Shown: one piece after another, positions 10,052 through 18,890 of the stretch | Numbering within the stretch: the first letter of the stretch is position 1 | Layout: every line of letters begins with the position of its first letter | Assembly (NCBI GenBank): GCA_051008055.1 | Contig: JBPCXZ010000312.1 | Location: forward strand, 1 to 62,155 | DNA from: Woeseiaceae bacterium | GTDB lineage: Bacteria > Pseudomonadota > Gammaproteobacteria > Steroidobacterales > Woeseiaceae | Length of the DNA stretch: 62,155 nucleotides | Direction: 5' to 3' | Translations under genes and position numbers: made by a program | Notes under the pieces: model-generated | Databases searched by the model: none | The model's input: the letters and a program-made list of their open reading frames with translations, nothing else | What the model was told of the DNA's origin: nothing

Positions 10052-10941
10052 ACGTCGAAAAACTTCGGCTTCCCGTTCTGGTCCCACAGACCCCAATATG
10101 CGCCGACATCACCTTCAGCACCAACCTTCCAGTTTTCATCAAACGCCGAGAACCAGAATATCGGCACGTCGTCCTCTTCGGCCCAACGATACGTATCCAC
10201 AAAATATTTCAGCGCGTTTTCAAAGCTGGGTTCAGCGCTGTCTGTTGCGCTGCCAAGATTTGGCCAACCCGTCTCACTGATAATGACAGGTTTGCCATTG
10301 GCACAACGCTCGGCTCGTCGATACATCTCTTTCATGTACAAAATTGCGTATTGGGCTGGGCAGCCCTCCCAGAACGGGTAGCAGTTCGCGAGGATGACAT
10401 CACAGGCCGCGGTAACCTGAGGGTGGTCCTCAAATTCGAAGTAGGCATCGACGTAGCCAACCGGCACGTCGCCTGCCATTGTCTTGGCTCGACCGATGTA
10501 CTCGATCAGCTGCGACTCGGTCAGGTCGCCACGCAATAACACTTCATTGCCTACTGCAACAATGTCTGCGTGACCGGCTGCAATAATCGCGGCGGCGTTC
10601 TCCATTTCTTCTTCATTTTTTTCGAGGTCGTCGCCGAGCCATACGCCGACCATCGAACGCATGCCCATTTCGGCGGCGATACTCGGAATGAGTTCGTTGC
10701 CTTCGGTACACGAGAAAGACCGCACCCAATGAGCATGTGGCTGCACGATTTCCAGTCGTTGACGAACCTGGTCTGCCGCAAGTTGAGTGCCCGGCTCCTG
10801 GCCCTCGACGTACGGACTGAAGCATATCCCGTGAATCTTGTTCTTCAGAGTCTCGGCGAGAATCGATTGAATCGATTCGGTCGAGAGACGTGTCGTATCG
10901 ACGCCGGCCAGGGACAAGCGTCGCTGATAGAGATTGGACAT
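10048..10941 (-). CDS. GH17 family beta-1,3-glucanase/transglycosylase, no signal peptide
   Basis: VAVGNEVLLRG (acid/base Glu) and IISETGWPN (nucleophile Glu) are classic GH17 motifs. The N-terminus MSNLYQRRLSLAGVD is not signal-peptide-like. Confidence 0.8.
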   Translation of the reverse strand: MSNLYQRRLSLAGVDTTRLSTESIQSILAETLKNKIHGICFSPYVEGQEPGTQLAADQVRQRLEIVQPHAHWVRSFSCTEGNELIPSIAAEMGMRSMVGVWLGDDLEKNEEEMENAAAIIAAGHADIVAVGNEVLLRGDLTESQLIEYIGRAKTMAGDVPVGYVDAYFEFEDHPQVTAACDVILANCYPFWEGCPAQYAILYMKEMYRRAERCANGKPVIISETGWPNLGSATDSAEPSFENALKYFVDTYRWAEEDDVPIFWFSAFDENWKVGAEGDVGAYWGLWDQNGKPKFFDV

Positions 10942-10959
10942 TGGGTTACCTTGGTATTT

Positions 10960-13900
10960 CTAGTTGGAAAACAGCATGTTGGCTGGTATGTGTACAGTTA
11001 TCTGGCTAACACCACCGCTGCGCGAAGTAAGCGCGGCGAGGTCGTCCTTACGCAACATAAGGCCGTCGTAAGCAGTATCTATTTTTTCGAATCGACGTAT
11101 CTCGATGCGACCTTCACCGGCATCGTCCAGCCGATAGACGATCGGTACCTGGCACCAGGTGAACGCCAACGCCGCAGCAGGTACTTCAATCTCCCGCCAC
11201 TGAGCTGCGGTATCGGCGAAACGGAATACGGCCGGGCTTTGCAGAAATTCACGCCGACGCAATAAGTACGGTTGAAAATAAGCGGCGCCTTCCTGTACGC
11301 GAATGCCCAGTTCGCCGAATCGAGTGAGAATCTCTTCCTTCACTTGTCCGGTCATGCCGGGCTGGCGCGCGCCGGAGTGTCCCGGCGTATGCGAATAGGG
11401 GTCAGTCGGAAACGCACCATATTCCTCGGGCGTCTTGTTGAAACCCAAGCCACCGCGAACCCTGTAGTAGAGATCGCCAAGGCGTCTGGCATCAGGGGAG
11501 CCGGTCATGATCGCATTGGCGAAGTTCTCCTGAACGGCCAGCAAAAACTTGGCGACCATATGCCAGTAAACGCAGCCAAGACCTTCGAAACCAAACATGC
11601 CACCAGACCGGCCAGTGAAACTACGATGATCGAAGACTCGTTCGTACAACTGCAATAGTGGTTCGCGGCTGACCGCCAGCAATTCGCCATACTCAGAATG
11701 CAGGGTGCTCAGGACGGCATCGAGAGCTTCGACATTGATGCACTCGGCGTGGAATCGATAGTCGCCGTTCGGGTCCCGGCCCAAAATTCTATCGTCGTTG
11801 TTGGCGAGCATCGCTGCCAACAACGGTACTGATTGAACATCGTTTTCAGGCACGATGTTTTTCTGCAAAAAATTCGGCAACGCGCGATCCGGGTACAACA
11901 TGAACGAGTTTTGGTCGTCGCGAAACACAGGGCTGTCAAACAATGATTCAACAACCGAGCACGCTTGCGAAGGAGCCAATGCGCCGGAACTCAGCACACC
12001 GACCTGGCCCTCGAGCATCGGGTATAGCGTTTCAAGATCCAGAGATTGCGGCCCGGCTGCGATTAAGTTGTAGGCCTGATACAAGCCATCGTCGCGCCGG
12101 TTCTTCGCAATGCTGTACTCGATGACAGCCATTGCATCGTCAATCAACTGGTCAATGTCACCTATTGATACTTCTGAGCATTTGTCGCTAAAGCCATTGT
12201 TGTAGACCTGTTCGCGATAGTGTTCATACGCCAGGCCGAGTTCCGCGACGGCAGCGAAGCGCTGCTCGGCGGAAACACTCGCGGTCGCGACGAGTTCTTT
12301 CTGAGCGGCGAAACTGTTTGCTAGTTCTGTCAGCCATTTCGCCACTTCCTCCGAGATTTCGACGTTGCGCGAGTCGCCCGCAAGAAGGTCGCGTAATGAC
12401 GCGGCGTAACGTCGCATGTAACACAAAGTCACCATGGAGACCCCTTGACCTACCAGGGCATTATTCGCGTCGTTCCACTCCGGTCGCTGAGTATTCATCC
12501 AGACTCCGCCGCCGATAACCGTATTACTGAGCTTGGTCAGCAATGTGACCAACAGTTTCTCCAGGAGCGTAACGAGATAGACTTCGTCGTCTTGCGAACG
12601 AACCAGTTTGGCATCAGCGCCATAATTTATTTCATCAGCTTCAATCTGTTCCGCCAGTGCGTGGTCATATTGGACAGTCGATTTCGGATTTGCCCATATG
12701 TCTGCAAACGGACGAATTCGATAGGGAACGTTCGCGTAGCTAAAGATGCGGCGATGCAAGAGTTCGCCCAATTTCTGCGGGTCGAACTGTTGCGACAACT
12801 CCAGAAGTTTCTGCAGATAAATGATCTGGTGATCACCCCAGTAGCCGATGTAGCTCCACGGGTCGTCCTGTTCTTCTACTTCCCAGTCAATGCCGTCCTT
12901 CGTAATACGATAAGGATTGTAGCCGTCGGCCGTCGACGCGTTGACGAATTTCGCGATCGTATTTTCGACAAATGCTGGGTAGCTCAGTAGTAGCGCCTCC
13001 CAGTTCTGAAAGATGTCGCGCCAATTGCCCTCATACGCAAGCAGGCGATTGCCGTTCCTGTCGCGTAAGCGGATTGCAAAATGATTCCATGGACGACTCG
13101 GGTCGCCGTGACGGCGACCGAAACGAATAGGCAGGTATTCCAGGCACAAGCGTTCAAGTTGCCTGTCGCCGGTTTCGCGTACTGCGCTGACAAGATCGCC
13201 ATGCGCTATTACTTCCGGTAATTTCTCCAGGAACTCGTCATTTCGCTCACTCACCGCGGCGTTGAAGTGGCGTACGGTATTGCGAAAATCGGCAGCGGGC
13301 ACATTGTAGTTGTCGTCAAATATGCCACCGCGTAATACATTGAACAGAACGTTGGCGGAGTGATGCGTCGACATTACCTCGTCGGCAACCAGTTGCTGGC
13401 TATCGGCCGCTGCGATCGTTGTAGCCAGTTCATTCGAACCGTCCGCAATCGAGGATTCAATTCGCTTCGCCAAGACCTTTGGTTCCTGCAGCTCGTTGCC
13501 AAGCGCAATAGCATCAGATTGGGACTGCTCGATATCTGCCACGATGGTCCAGCTAGCTGTTGCGCCCGGTGCGATATTCAATTCGGTCGATACGAAGTAC
13601 GCGCCGCGAATACCGCGTCGGTGCGTTTCGCTACTTATTTCGGCGCCTTGACGAAATCGATCAATCTGAGCGAGTGACAAGAGGTGTGTCGGCTCACTTA
13701 GCCCCAGCGAGAATACAGTGTTGGCGCGTAGCGACTCGCACGGCTCCGCGCGGTCAGAAATACCGGAAAACAATGTAAAAATCGCGAGACCGGTTCGTGT
13801 ATCGAGCTCAGTCCACTTGTAGGCATCTACAAGGTTGCTCGTGTTGGTCTGGCTTTGGCGCGGTGTGCCCGCGGGTAATACGTTGCGAATACCGTCAAGC

Positions 13901-14415
13901 ATGTCGATCCGACGCTGTCCCGGACCGAGGTTGGTGAGTTCGCAATTGCGCACGAATCCATACTCTTTGCTGGTCGACCAGGTATAACGAAACAGCAATT
14001 GCAGGTCGTGATTAACTTCTTCAAAGCAAATCTTGTCGCCTAACGAACTCTTGTAGAGATTTCGCGTTACGCTGTAGCGACCAACGTGCTGGCGATTGAA
14101 CGGCTCCCAGACGTGAATTTCTTCGCCTGCACCTACACGAACGATAGTATGACAACCGGTATGCGTGGTGCTTTCATGAATCTTGTCAACGGTTACGTAC
14201 GGAAACAATGCCTGCTCCGGGCGTACTCGGCCTGCGGTCAGACCGCCGGTTGACGATACAAATAGCCAATGATCAGACGACGAGATAACGCTCATGAAGA
14301 ACGACTTCATCCGATCGATATTGCGGATTGAGTAATAGCGTTCGCCGTCAATCGTCAGAAAATCTCCAGTGACTGAATCTTCGGTTTCTCTAGCTTTGTT
14401 GTTTGCTTGAATCAC
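10960..14415 (-). CDS. Large GH94-like glycoside phosphorylase, probably GH149-type beta-1,3-oligoglucan phosphorylase
   Basis: 1151 aa with no signal peptide. It carries an RPEWNDANNAL motif (Asp codon 12469-12471) resembling the GH94/GH149 catalytic xWND, and a C-terminal HTPGHSGARQPGMTGQ. Its size and its placement among GH3/GH16/GH17 genes fit the known bacterial GH149 context. GTG start in a GTGA overlap with the upstream stop. Confidence 0.55.
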   Translation of the reverse strand: MIQANNKARETEDSVTGDFLTIDGERYYSIRNIDRMKSFFMSVISSSDHWLFVSSTGGLTAGRVRPEQALFPYVTVDKIHESTTHTGCHTIVRVGAGEEIHVWEPFNRQHVGRYSVTRNLYKSSLGDKICFEEVNHDLQLLFRYTWSTSKEYGFVRNCELTNLGPGQRRIDMLDGIRNVLPAGTPRQSQTNTSNLVDAYKWTELDTRTGLAIFTLFSGISDRAEPCESLRANTVFSLGLSEPTHLLSLAQIDRFRQGAEISSETHRRGIRGAYFVSTELNIAPGATASWTIVADIEQSQSDAIALGNELQEPKVLAKRIESSIADGSNELATTIAAADSQQLVADEVMSTHHSANVLFNVLRGGIFDDNYNVPAADFRNTVRHFNAAVSERNDEFLEKLPEVIAHGDLVSAVRETGDRQLERLCLEYLPIRFGRRHGDPSRPWNHFAIRLRDRNGNRLLAYEGNWRDIFQNWEALLLSYPAFVENTIAKFVNASTADGYNPYRITKDGIDWEVEEQDDPWSYIGYWGDHQIIYLQKLLELSQQFDPQKLGELLHRRIFSYANVPYRIRPFADIWANPKSTVQYDHALAEQIEADEINYGADAKLVRSQDDEVYLVTLLEKLLVTLLTKLSNTVIGGGVWMNTQRPEWNDANNALVGQGVSMVTLCYMRRYAASLRDLLAGDSRNVEISEEVAKWLTELANSFAAQKELVATASVSAEQRFAAVAELGLAYEHYREQVYNNGFSDKCSEVSIGDIDQLIDDAMAVIEYSIAKNRRDDGLYQAYNLIAAGPQSLDLETLYPMLEGQVGVLSSGALAPSQACSVVESLFDSPVFRDDQNSFMLYPDRALPNFLQKNIVPENDVQSVPLLAAMLANNDDRILGRDPNGDYRFHAECINVEALDAVLSTLHSEYGELLAVSREPLLQLYERVFDHRSFTGRSGGMFGFEGLGCVYWHMVAKFLLAVQENFANAIMTGSPDARRLGDLYYRVRGGLGFNKTPEEYGAFPTDPYSHTPGHSGARQPGMTGQVKEEILTRFGELGIRVQEGAAYFQPYLLRRREFLQSPAVFRFADTAAQWREIEVPAAALAFTWCQVPIVYRLDDAGEGRIEIRRFEKIDTAYDGLMLRKDDLAALTSRSGGVSQITVHIPANMLFSN

Positions 14416-15161
14416 TCTGACGGTTCCCCCGCAAGGATTACAGACCCAAACAGGTCCGCGTCAATCCAGCCTCGATCGGTAGGTCCGGATGGTACAGTTT
14501 CCGACCCGATGAAATTCTCACGCAATTCCGCGCCATCGTTATCGCACCAGGCGAGCATGAGGCCAAGTGTCTTGCCGGCAAACAATTCAACAGGCTGATT
14601 GTCATTGCGATCGTCGACGTAGCTGTCGTCGTAAATGTCGATAGCCAGTTCCCAGACCAGCTTGTCACCGGTGGCTCGCCAATGGCTACGGACGTGGTGA
14701 TTGTAGAGTCGCGGTTCCTGATTAACTCCGATGTCGACAACCTGGTTGTCGAGGGCGACATGGTAGGCGAAAGCATTGTGGTTGTACTGGTGCTCGCCAC
14801 CGGAGTGATCTTCATCGATAAAGACTTCGAGGCAGTCGTCATCCCAGTACTGAGTGAGCGGGTCTCGATGCGCATCGTAGAGAACGTCGTCGACGACCTC
14901 GACCAGGATATAAATGGCGCTGTCTGACCATACGACTTTAAATCGCCCGGAAAAGTCCGAAGCCTCCAGCTCGGGCCCCAACCACACTTCGTCGATTTCG
15001 CGCCATGTTGCTTGGTCCCAAATAGACTCGGACGCGACCCCGTCAATCATTGGAGCAACTGTCGCGTTCGGTGCCCGATACTCGCTGCGACCCGGTAGTT
15101 CAGCGGCAGCGGCGTGGCTAGAGAGCGCGAACGCGAGGGCAAATAGAACTCTCAGTGTCAT
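14412..15161 (-). CDS. Secreted CBM9-like carbohydrate-binding protein (no catalytic domain)
   Basis: Signal peptide MTLRVLFALAFALSSHAAAA. The pattern PMIDGVASESIWDQATW ... WDDDCLEVFIDEDHSG ... LGLMLAWCDNDG is typical of the family-9 carbohydrate-binding-domain-like fold. Confidence 0.6.
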   Translation of the reverse strand: MTLRVLFALAFALSSHAAAAELPGRSEYRAPNATVAPMIDGVASESIWDQATWREIDEVWLGPELEASDFSGRFKVVWSDSAIYILVEVVDDVLYDAHRDPLTQYWDDDCLEVFIDEDHSGGEHQYNHNAFAYHVALDNQVVDIGVNQEPRLYNHHVRSHWRATGDKLVWELAIDIYDDSYVDDRNDNQPVELFAGKTLGLMLAWCDNDGAELRENFIGSETVPSGPTDRGWIDADLFGSVILAGEPSE

Positions 15162-15541
15162 GCGGCAGCTTCCTGGCTAAGTTTCCCCGCTACCCGGACG
15201 GTACGTGCGGCAACTTGCTGTGTGGTTAGCTCGGCGGCGCCGAAAACTCCGTCTCCCCATAGCGCAAGCACCGTGTAATTGATGTCGTCGTCAGGCTCTG
15301 CTCGGTCGAAATTGCCAGCGCAACAGCGTTCAGCGACGGGATCCTGTAGCGAGTTGGTTTTGAATGATACGTAGTCGCGCAAGGGCAGGGCGTCCGCACT
15401 GCCCAGGTAATCGAGCACACCCGAGCGACCGTCTGAAAATGATAATACTTCCAGTGGTTTACCGAGCATGCAGCCTGCAACGCGACCGCGCCATGCGGTA
15501 GTAAATCGGGTCGGATCGATGATCGTCGAGCTGGTTTTCAT
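15158..15541 (-). pseudogene. Truncated ADP-ribosylglycohydrolase-family N-terminal fragment (127 aa)
   Basis: VAGCMLGKPLE and PDDDINYTVLAL resemble the N-terminal metal-site motifs of the ADP-ribosylglycohydrolase family, whose members are normally about 280 aa or longer. The ORF ends in an ATGA overlap with the next gene, and no continuation exists in another frame. Confidence 0.4.
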
Positions 15542-15580
15542 TTGAGAAAATTACCCACTGCTAAAAATGTAATCGTTAAA

Positions 15581-15594
15581 TGTAATCGTTTACA
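15581..15594. promoter_or_regulatory. Type B operator variant TGTAATCGTTTACA
   Basis: One mismatch from the perfect palindrome TGTAAACGTTTACA found at 27295, 30021 and 31109. It is preceded by a partial direct copy, TGTAATCGTTAAA, at 15568-15580. Confidence 0.5.
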
Positions 15595-15647
15595 AAAGAT
15601 TTATTCTGGGCTATGTTGCGTAAGACTTGGCAGCGTCCAATTTTGAT

Positions 15648-15661
15648 TGACAGCGCTGTCA
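15648..15661. promoter_or_regulatory. Type A operator core TGACAGCGCTGTCA
   Basis: Perfect palindrome in the 222-bp divergent region between the phosphorylase operon and the TonB-dependent receptor gene. Confidence 0.65.
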
Positions 15662-15682
15662 GGTTGTTTTATAAACCGATAT

Positions 15683-15696
15683 TGACAGCGCTGTCA
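15683..15696. promoter_or_regulatory. Type A operator core TGACAGCGCTGTCA
   Basis: Second perfect copy, 35 bp (centre to centre) from the copy at 15648. A degenerate third copy, TTGGCAGCGTCCAA, lies at 15628-15641. Confidence 0.65.
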
Positions 15697-15763
15697 AAAC
15701 GCAGCTTAGCTTTAGGCGACAGCTGACGGAAACTTAAAACAGAGTTTGAGCCGGGGGGCTTTC

Positions 15764-18760
15764 ATGCAGAAAACAAATTTTCACCGCACACCTTTAGCCG
15801 TTGGTGTAGCGCTGGCGATTGGGGCGACGGCCTCACCAACACAGGTAGCTGCGCAGACCGAGTCGGATGACGAAACGATCGAAGAAGTCGTCGTTCTAGG
15901 TATTCGCGGCAGTCTTAAAGCGTCCGCCGACATCAAGCGCGCATCTGACGGTGTCGTTGACGCTATCACCGCTGAGGACATCGGTAGCTTCCCGGACACC
16001 AACCTTGCGGAATCCCTGCAACGCATCACCGGTGTATCCATCGACCGTGAGCGCGGCGAAGGATCTCGTGTAACGGTTCGTGGCTTCGGACCTGCCTTCA
16101 ACCTGGTTCTATTGAACGGACGCCAGATGCCTTCAAGTGGCGTCGGCAACGCTTTTGGCAACGGTACGAGTCGTTCCTTCGATTTCGGTAACCTGGCTTC
16201 TGAAGCGGTCACCGGTGTTGAAGTCTACAAAACGGGTCAGGCCGATGTACCGACTGGCGGTATCGGCGCCACCCTGAATATCAAAACAACACGGCCACTG
16301 GACGGCCCTGACGTGACCGCCACGGTTGCGGCCAGCGCCATGTATGACGACTCGCGGGTCGGCAGTTCGGATTACACCCCCGAAATCTCAGGACTGTGGT
16401 CGCAGAAATTCGCTGACGATAAGTTTGGTATCGCGGTTTCTGCGGTTTACCAGGATCGCGAGAGTGGCGCGGCCATTGCCAAGGTGTCTGGCTGGCGCTC
16501 GTTCGATGCGAACGTTGACAACGATTGGAGCAACCCGAATACCCCAACAGCGTGGGGCGGCATCCCACCTGCGGCTGATCCGAATCAGGTCAATCGTCCG
16601 GAATTGCCGGGCATTTACTCGGTACCCCAAACGACCAGCTACGAGCTCAACTCCTACGATCGTTCTCGCACCAACGGTCAGCTGACCTTGCAGTTCCGCC
16701 CGACGGATCGCATTGAAGCGACGCTCGACTATGCGTACGCGGAGCTCGAGATCGAACGTACCTACAACTCCTTCGGCGCTTGGTACAACTTTGGCGCGCA
16801 GGACACTGTATGGACTGACGGCCCGAACGCGACACCGCTGGAGTACGGCGAAACGCTGCTGGCGCAGGACTTCGCTACCAACGCCGGCCGTGACGGCTTT
16901 GTCAACGAGAATAATCTGCTCGGCTTGAACTTGCTGTGGGATGTCACCGACTCACTGACGCTGGAACTCGATTACCACGATTCCTACGCAGAGTCTGGTT
17001 CGAACAACCCGTACGGTATTTCTTCAAACCTGGCTGTGAATGCCTACACGCGTGATCGCACGATCACCTATTTCGGCGATGAGTTACCGGTTCTTGAGCT
17101 GGGTCTGACCTCACCGCTGGATCCGAGCCAGATGGTGGCTGCGGGCAGTGTCTTTGCGAACGAAGAGCAACGCATGGACATTGAGCAGATCAAGTTGGCT
17201 GGTCAATTCCGCTTCGACAGTGGCGTCTTCGAGAGCATAGACTTCGGCGTGCAAATGACGGAAATCGACAATCGCGCGCTAAGCGCCGTAATCCAACGTG
17301 ACGCCTGGTTCGCCAACACCAACCTCGGTGATCTGGCAGATTTGATGATACCGGCGAATCTAGGCAGCGCGTTCGATCAATTCAGTGGCGCGAATGACTC
17401 ACGTCTGCAGGCGGACTTTTTCCGATGGGATATGGTCGATGTTATCGAACGCTTCGAGGCATTGATGGCCTCTGGCGATGCTAATATTTTCACGATTCCG
17501 GATATGGGTCCTTGCGGTACGGGATTGTGTGCATCGGACAACTGGCAGAACGATCGTCGCACCGAGGAAGACACGCTGGCGGTCTATGCGCAGGCGAAGA
17601 TGAATTTTGAAGCCTTCAATAGACCCATAGCCGTTCGACTGGGTGTTCGTTACGAACAAACCGACATCAATTCGCCGGCCGAGACGCAAACCTATACGGC
17701 GTTAAACTGGAACGCACCAAACGAGATTGCGCTAGTACCTGGTGCGGCGGCTGACCTGACGGACTTCGAGGGCGATTACGACGAAGTATTGCCCAACCTC
17801 GATATTGCGATGGACCTGACGGATGAACAGGTGCTGCGGCTGTCCTACAGTAAGACGATGGCGCGGCCGGACTATATATCGATTCAAGGTGGTCTGACGC
17901 TGAACTCGCCGGTTCGGATCGACGGTGGCACGGGCGCCCTGGGTAATCCGGGCCTGTTGCCGTATATCTCGGAAAATATCGACGTGACCTGGGAGTGGTA
18001 TTACGGCGAAGGCAGTTACGTCGCGGTCGGTTACTTCATGAAGGAAGTGGAGAACTTCATCGGCCAGGGCTCGATCACGACCACGCCATACAACATACCG
18101 CATCCAGGCCTCGGACCACTGGCCGATCAGGCGCGTGCAGCGACGGGCGCATCCGACTCGGCGACGATCTATGCCTGGATCCTTGCAAACCTGCCGAACG
18201 AGGAGGGCGTCGACGCTGTTGCCGGCACCATCACTGGTGTGGAAGGGCGTGATCCTTCGGCGCCGTTCGACTTGTCAGTACCGGTTAACCAGGCGACCAA
18301 CGAGCTGGATGGCTGGGAGCTCAATATCCAGCACTACTTCGGTGACTCTGGCTTTGGCACGATCGCGAACTACACGAAAGTTGACAGTGACGACGCAACT
18401 TACGACAACCTGAACCTGGGCCTGCAGTTCCCGCTAGTCGGATTGAGCGATAGCGCGAACCTGGTGGCATTCTGGGAGAACGATCGAATGGGCGTCAGGG
18501 TCGCCTACAACTGGCGTGAGGCGTTTCTCGCTGGTACCGGCCAGGACAACGTGGGCGTAGGACCGCCGACGTACACGGATGACTACGATCAGATTGACCT
18601 TAATGCGAACTTCTGGATTACGGACAATCTGCAGGCGTGGGTCGATATCATCAACGTGACCAATGAGACTGGGTATGTCTACGGACGTAACGAATTGCAG
18701 CCGCTGTTCTCAACCCAGCAAGGTGCACGCTACAACGTTGGTCTGCGCTACAAATTCTAA
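15764..18760 (+). CDS. TonB-dependent outer-membrane receptor (glycan-type TBDR)
   Basis: Signal peptide ending VAAQ. Plug region EEVVVLGIRGSL...DAITAEDIGSFPDTNLAESLQRITGV. The C-terminal beta-barrel ends in the terminal aromatic ...GLRYKF. I preferred the ATG at 15764 over the TTG at 15746. Confidence 0.9.
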   Translation: MQKTNFHRTPLAVGVALAIGATASPTQVAAQTESDDETIEEVVVLGIRGSLKASADIKRASDGVVDAITAEDIGSFPDTNLAESLQRITGVSIDRERGEGSRVTVRGFGPAFNLVLLNGRQMPSSGVGNAFGNGTSRSFDFGNLASEAVTGVEVYKTGQADVPTGGIGATLNIKTTRPLDGPDVTATVAASAMYDDSRVGSSDYTPEISGLWSQKFADDKFGIAVSAVYQDRESGAAIAKVSGWRSFDANVDNDWSNPNTPTAWGGIPPAADPNQVNRPELPGIYSVPQTTSYELNSYDRSRTNGQLTLQFRPTDRIEATLDYAYAELEIERTYNSFGAWYNFGAQDTVWTDGPNATPLEYGETLLAQDFATNAGRDGFVNENNLLGLNLLWDVTDSLTLELDYHDSYAESGSNNPYGISSNLAVNAYTRDRTITYFGDELPVLELGLTSPLDPSQMVAAGSVFANEEQRMDIEQIKLAGQFRFDSGVFESIDFGVQMTEIDNRALSAVIQRDAWFANTNLGDLADLMIPANLGSAFDQFSGANDSRLQADFFRWDMVDVIERFEALMASGDANIFTIPDMGPCGTGLCASDNWQNDRRTEEDTLAVYAQAKMNFEAFNRPIAVRLGVRYEQTDINSPAETQTYTALNWNAPNEIALVPGAAADLTDFEGDYDEVLPNLDIAMDLTDEQVLRLSYSKTMARPDYISIQGGLTLNSPVRIDGGTGALGNPGLLPYISENIDVTWEWYYGEGSYVAVGYFMKEVENFIGQGSITTTPYNIPHPGLGPLADQARAATGASDSATIYAWILANLPNEEGVDAVAGTITGVEGRDPSAPFDLSVPVNQATNELDGWELNIQHYFGDSGFGTIANYTKVDSDDATYDNLNLGLQFPLVGLSDSANLVAFWENDRMGVRVAYNWREAFLAGTGQDNVGVGPPTYTDDYDQIDLNANFWITDNLQAWVDIINVTNETGYVYGRNELQPLFSTQQGARYNVGLRYKF

Positions 18761-18787
18761 AAGCGACCAATATGCAGTACCCAAAGA

Positions 18788-18814
18788 CTGCCCCGATCCG
18801 GGGCAGTTTTTTTT
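18788..18814 (+). terminator. Rho-independent terminator
   Basis: Perfect 8-bp GC-rich stem CTGCCCCG / CGGGGCAG with a 3-nt loop, followed by T8. It starts 28 nt after the TBDR stop. Confidence 0.8.
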
Positions 18815-18890
18815 GGTGGGGTCGCAATTGAATCGCGATTGAATCACCCTGAGGCTTGCTTTACCGTGAGGGTTGCAAAGGCGCTTCGAA

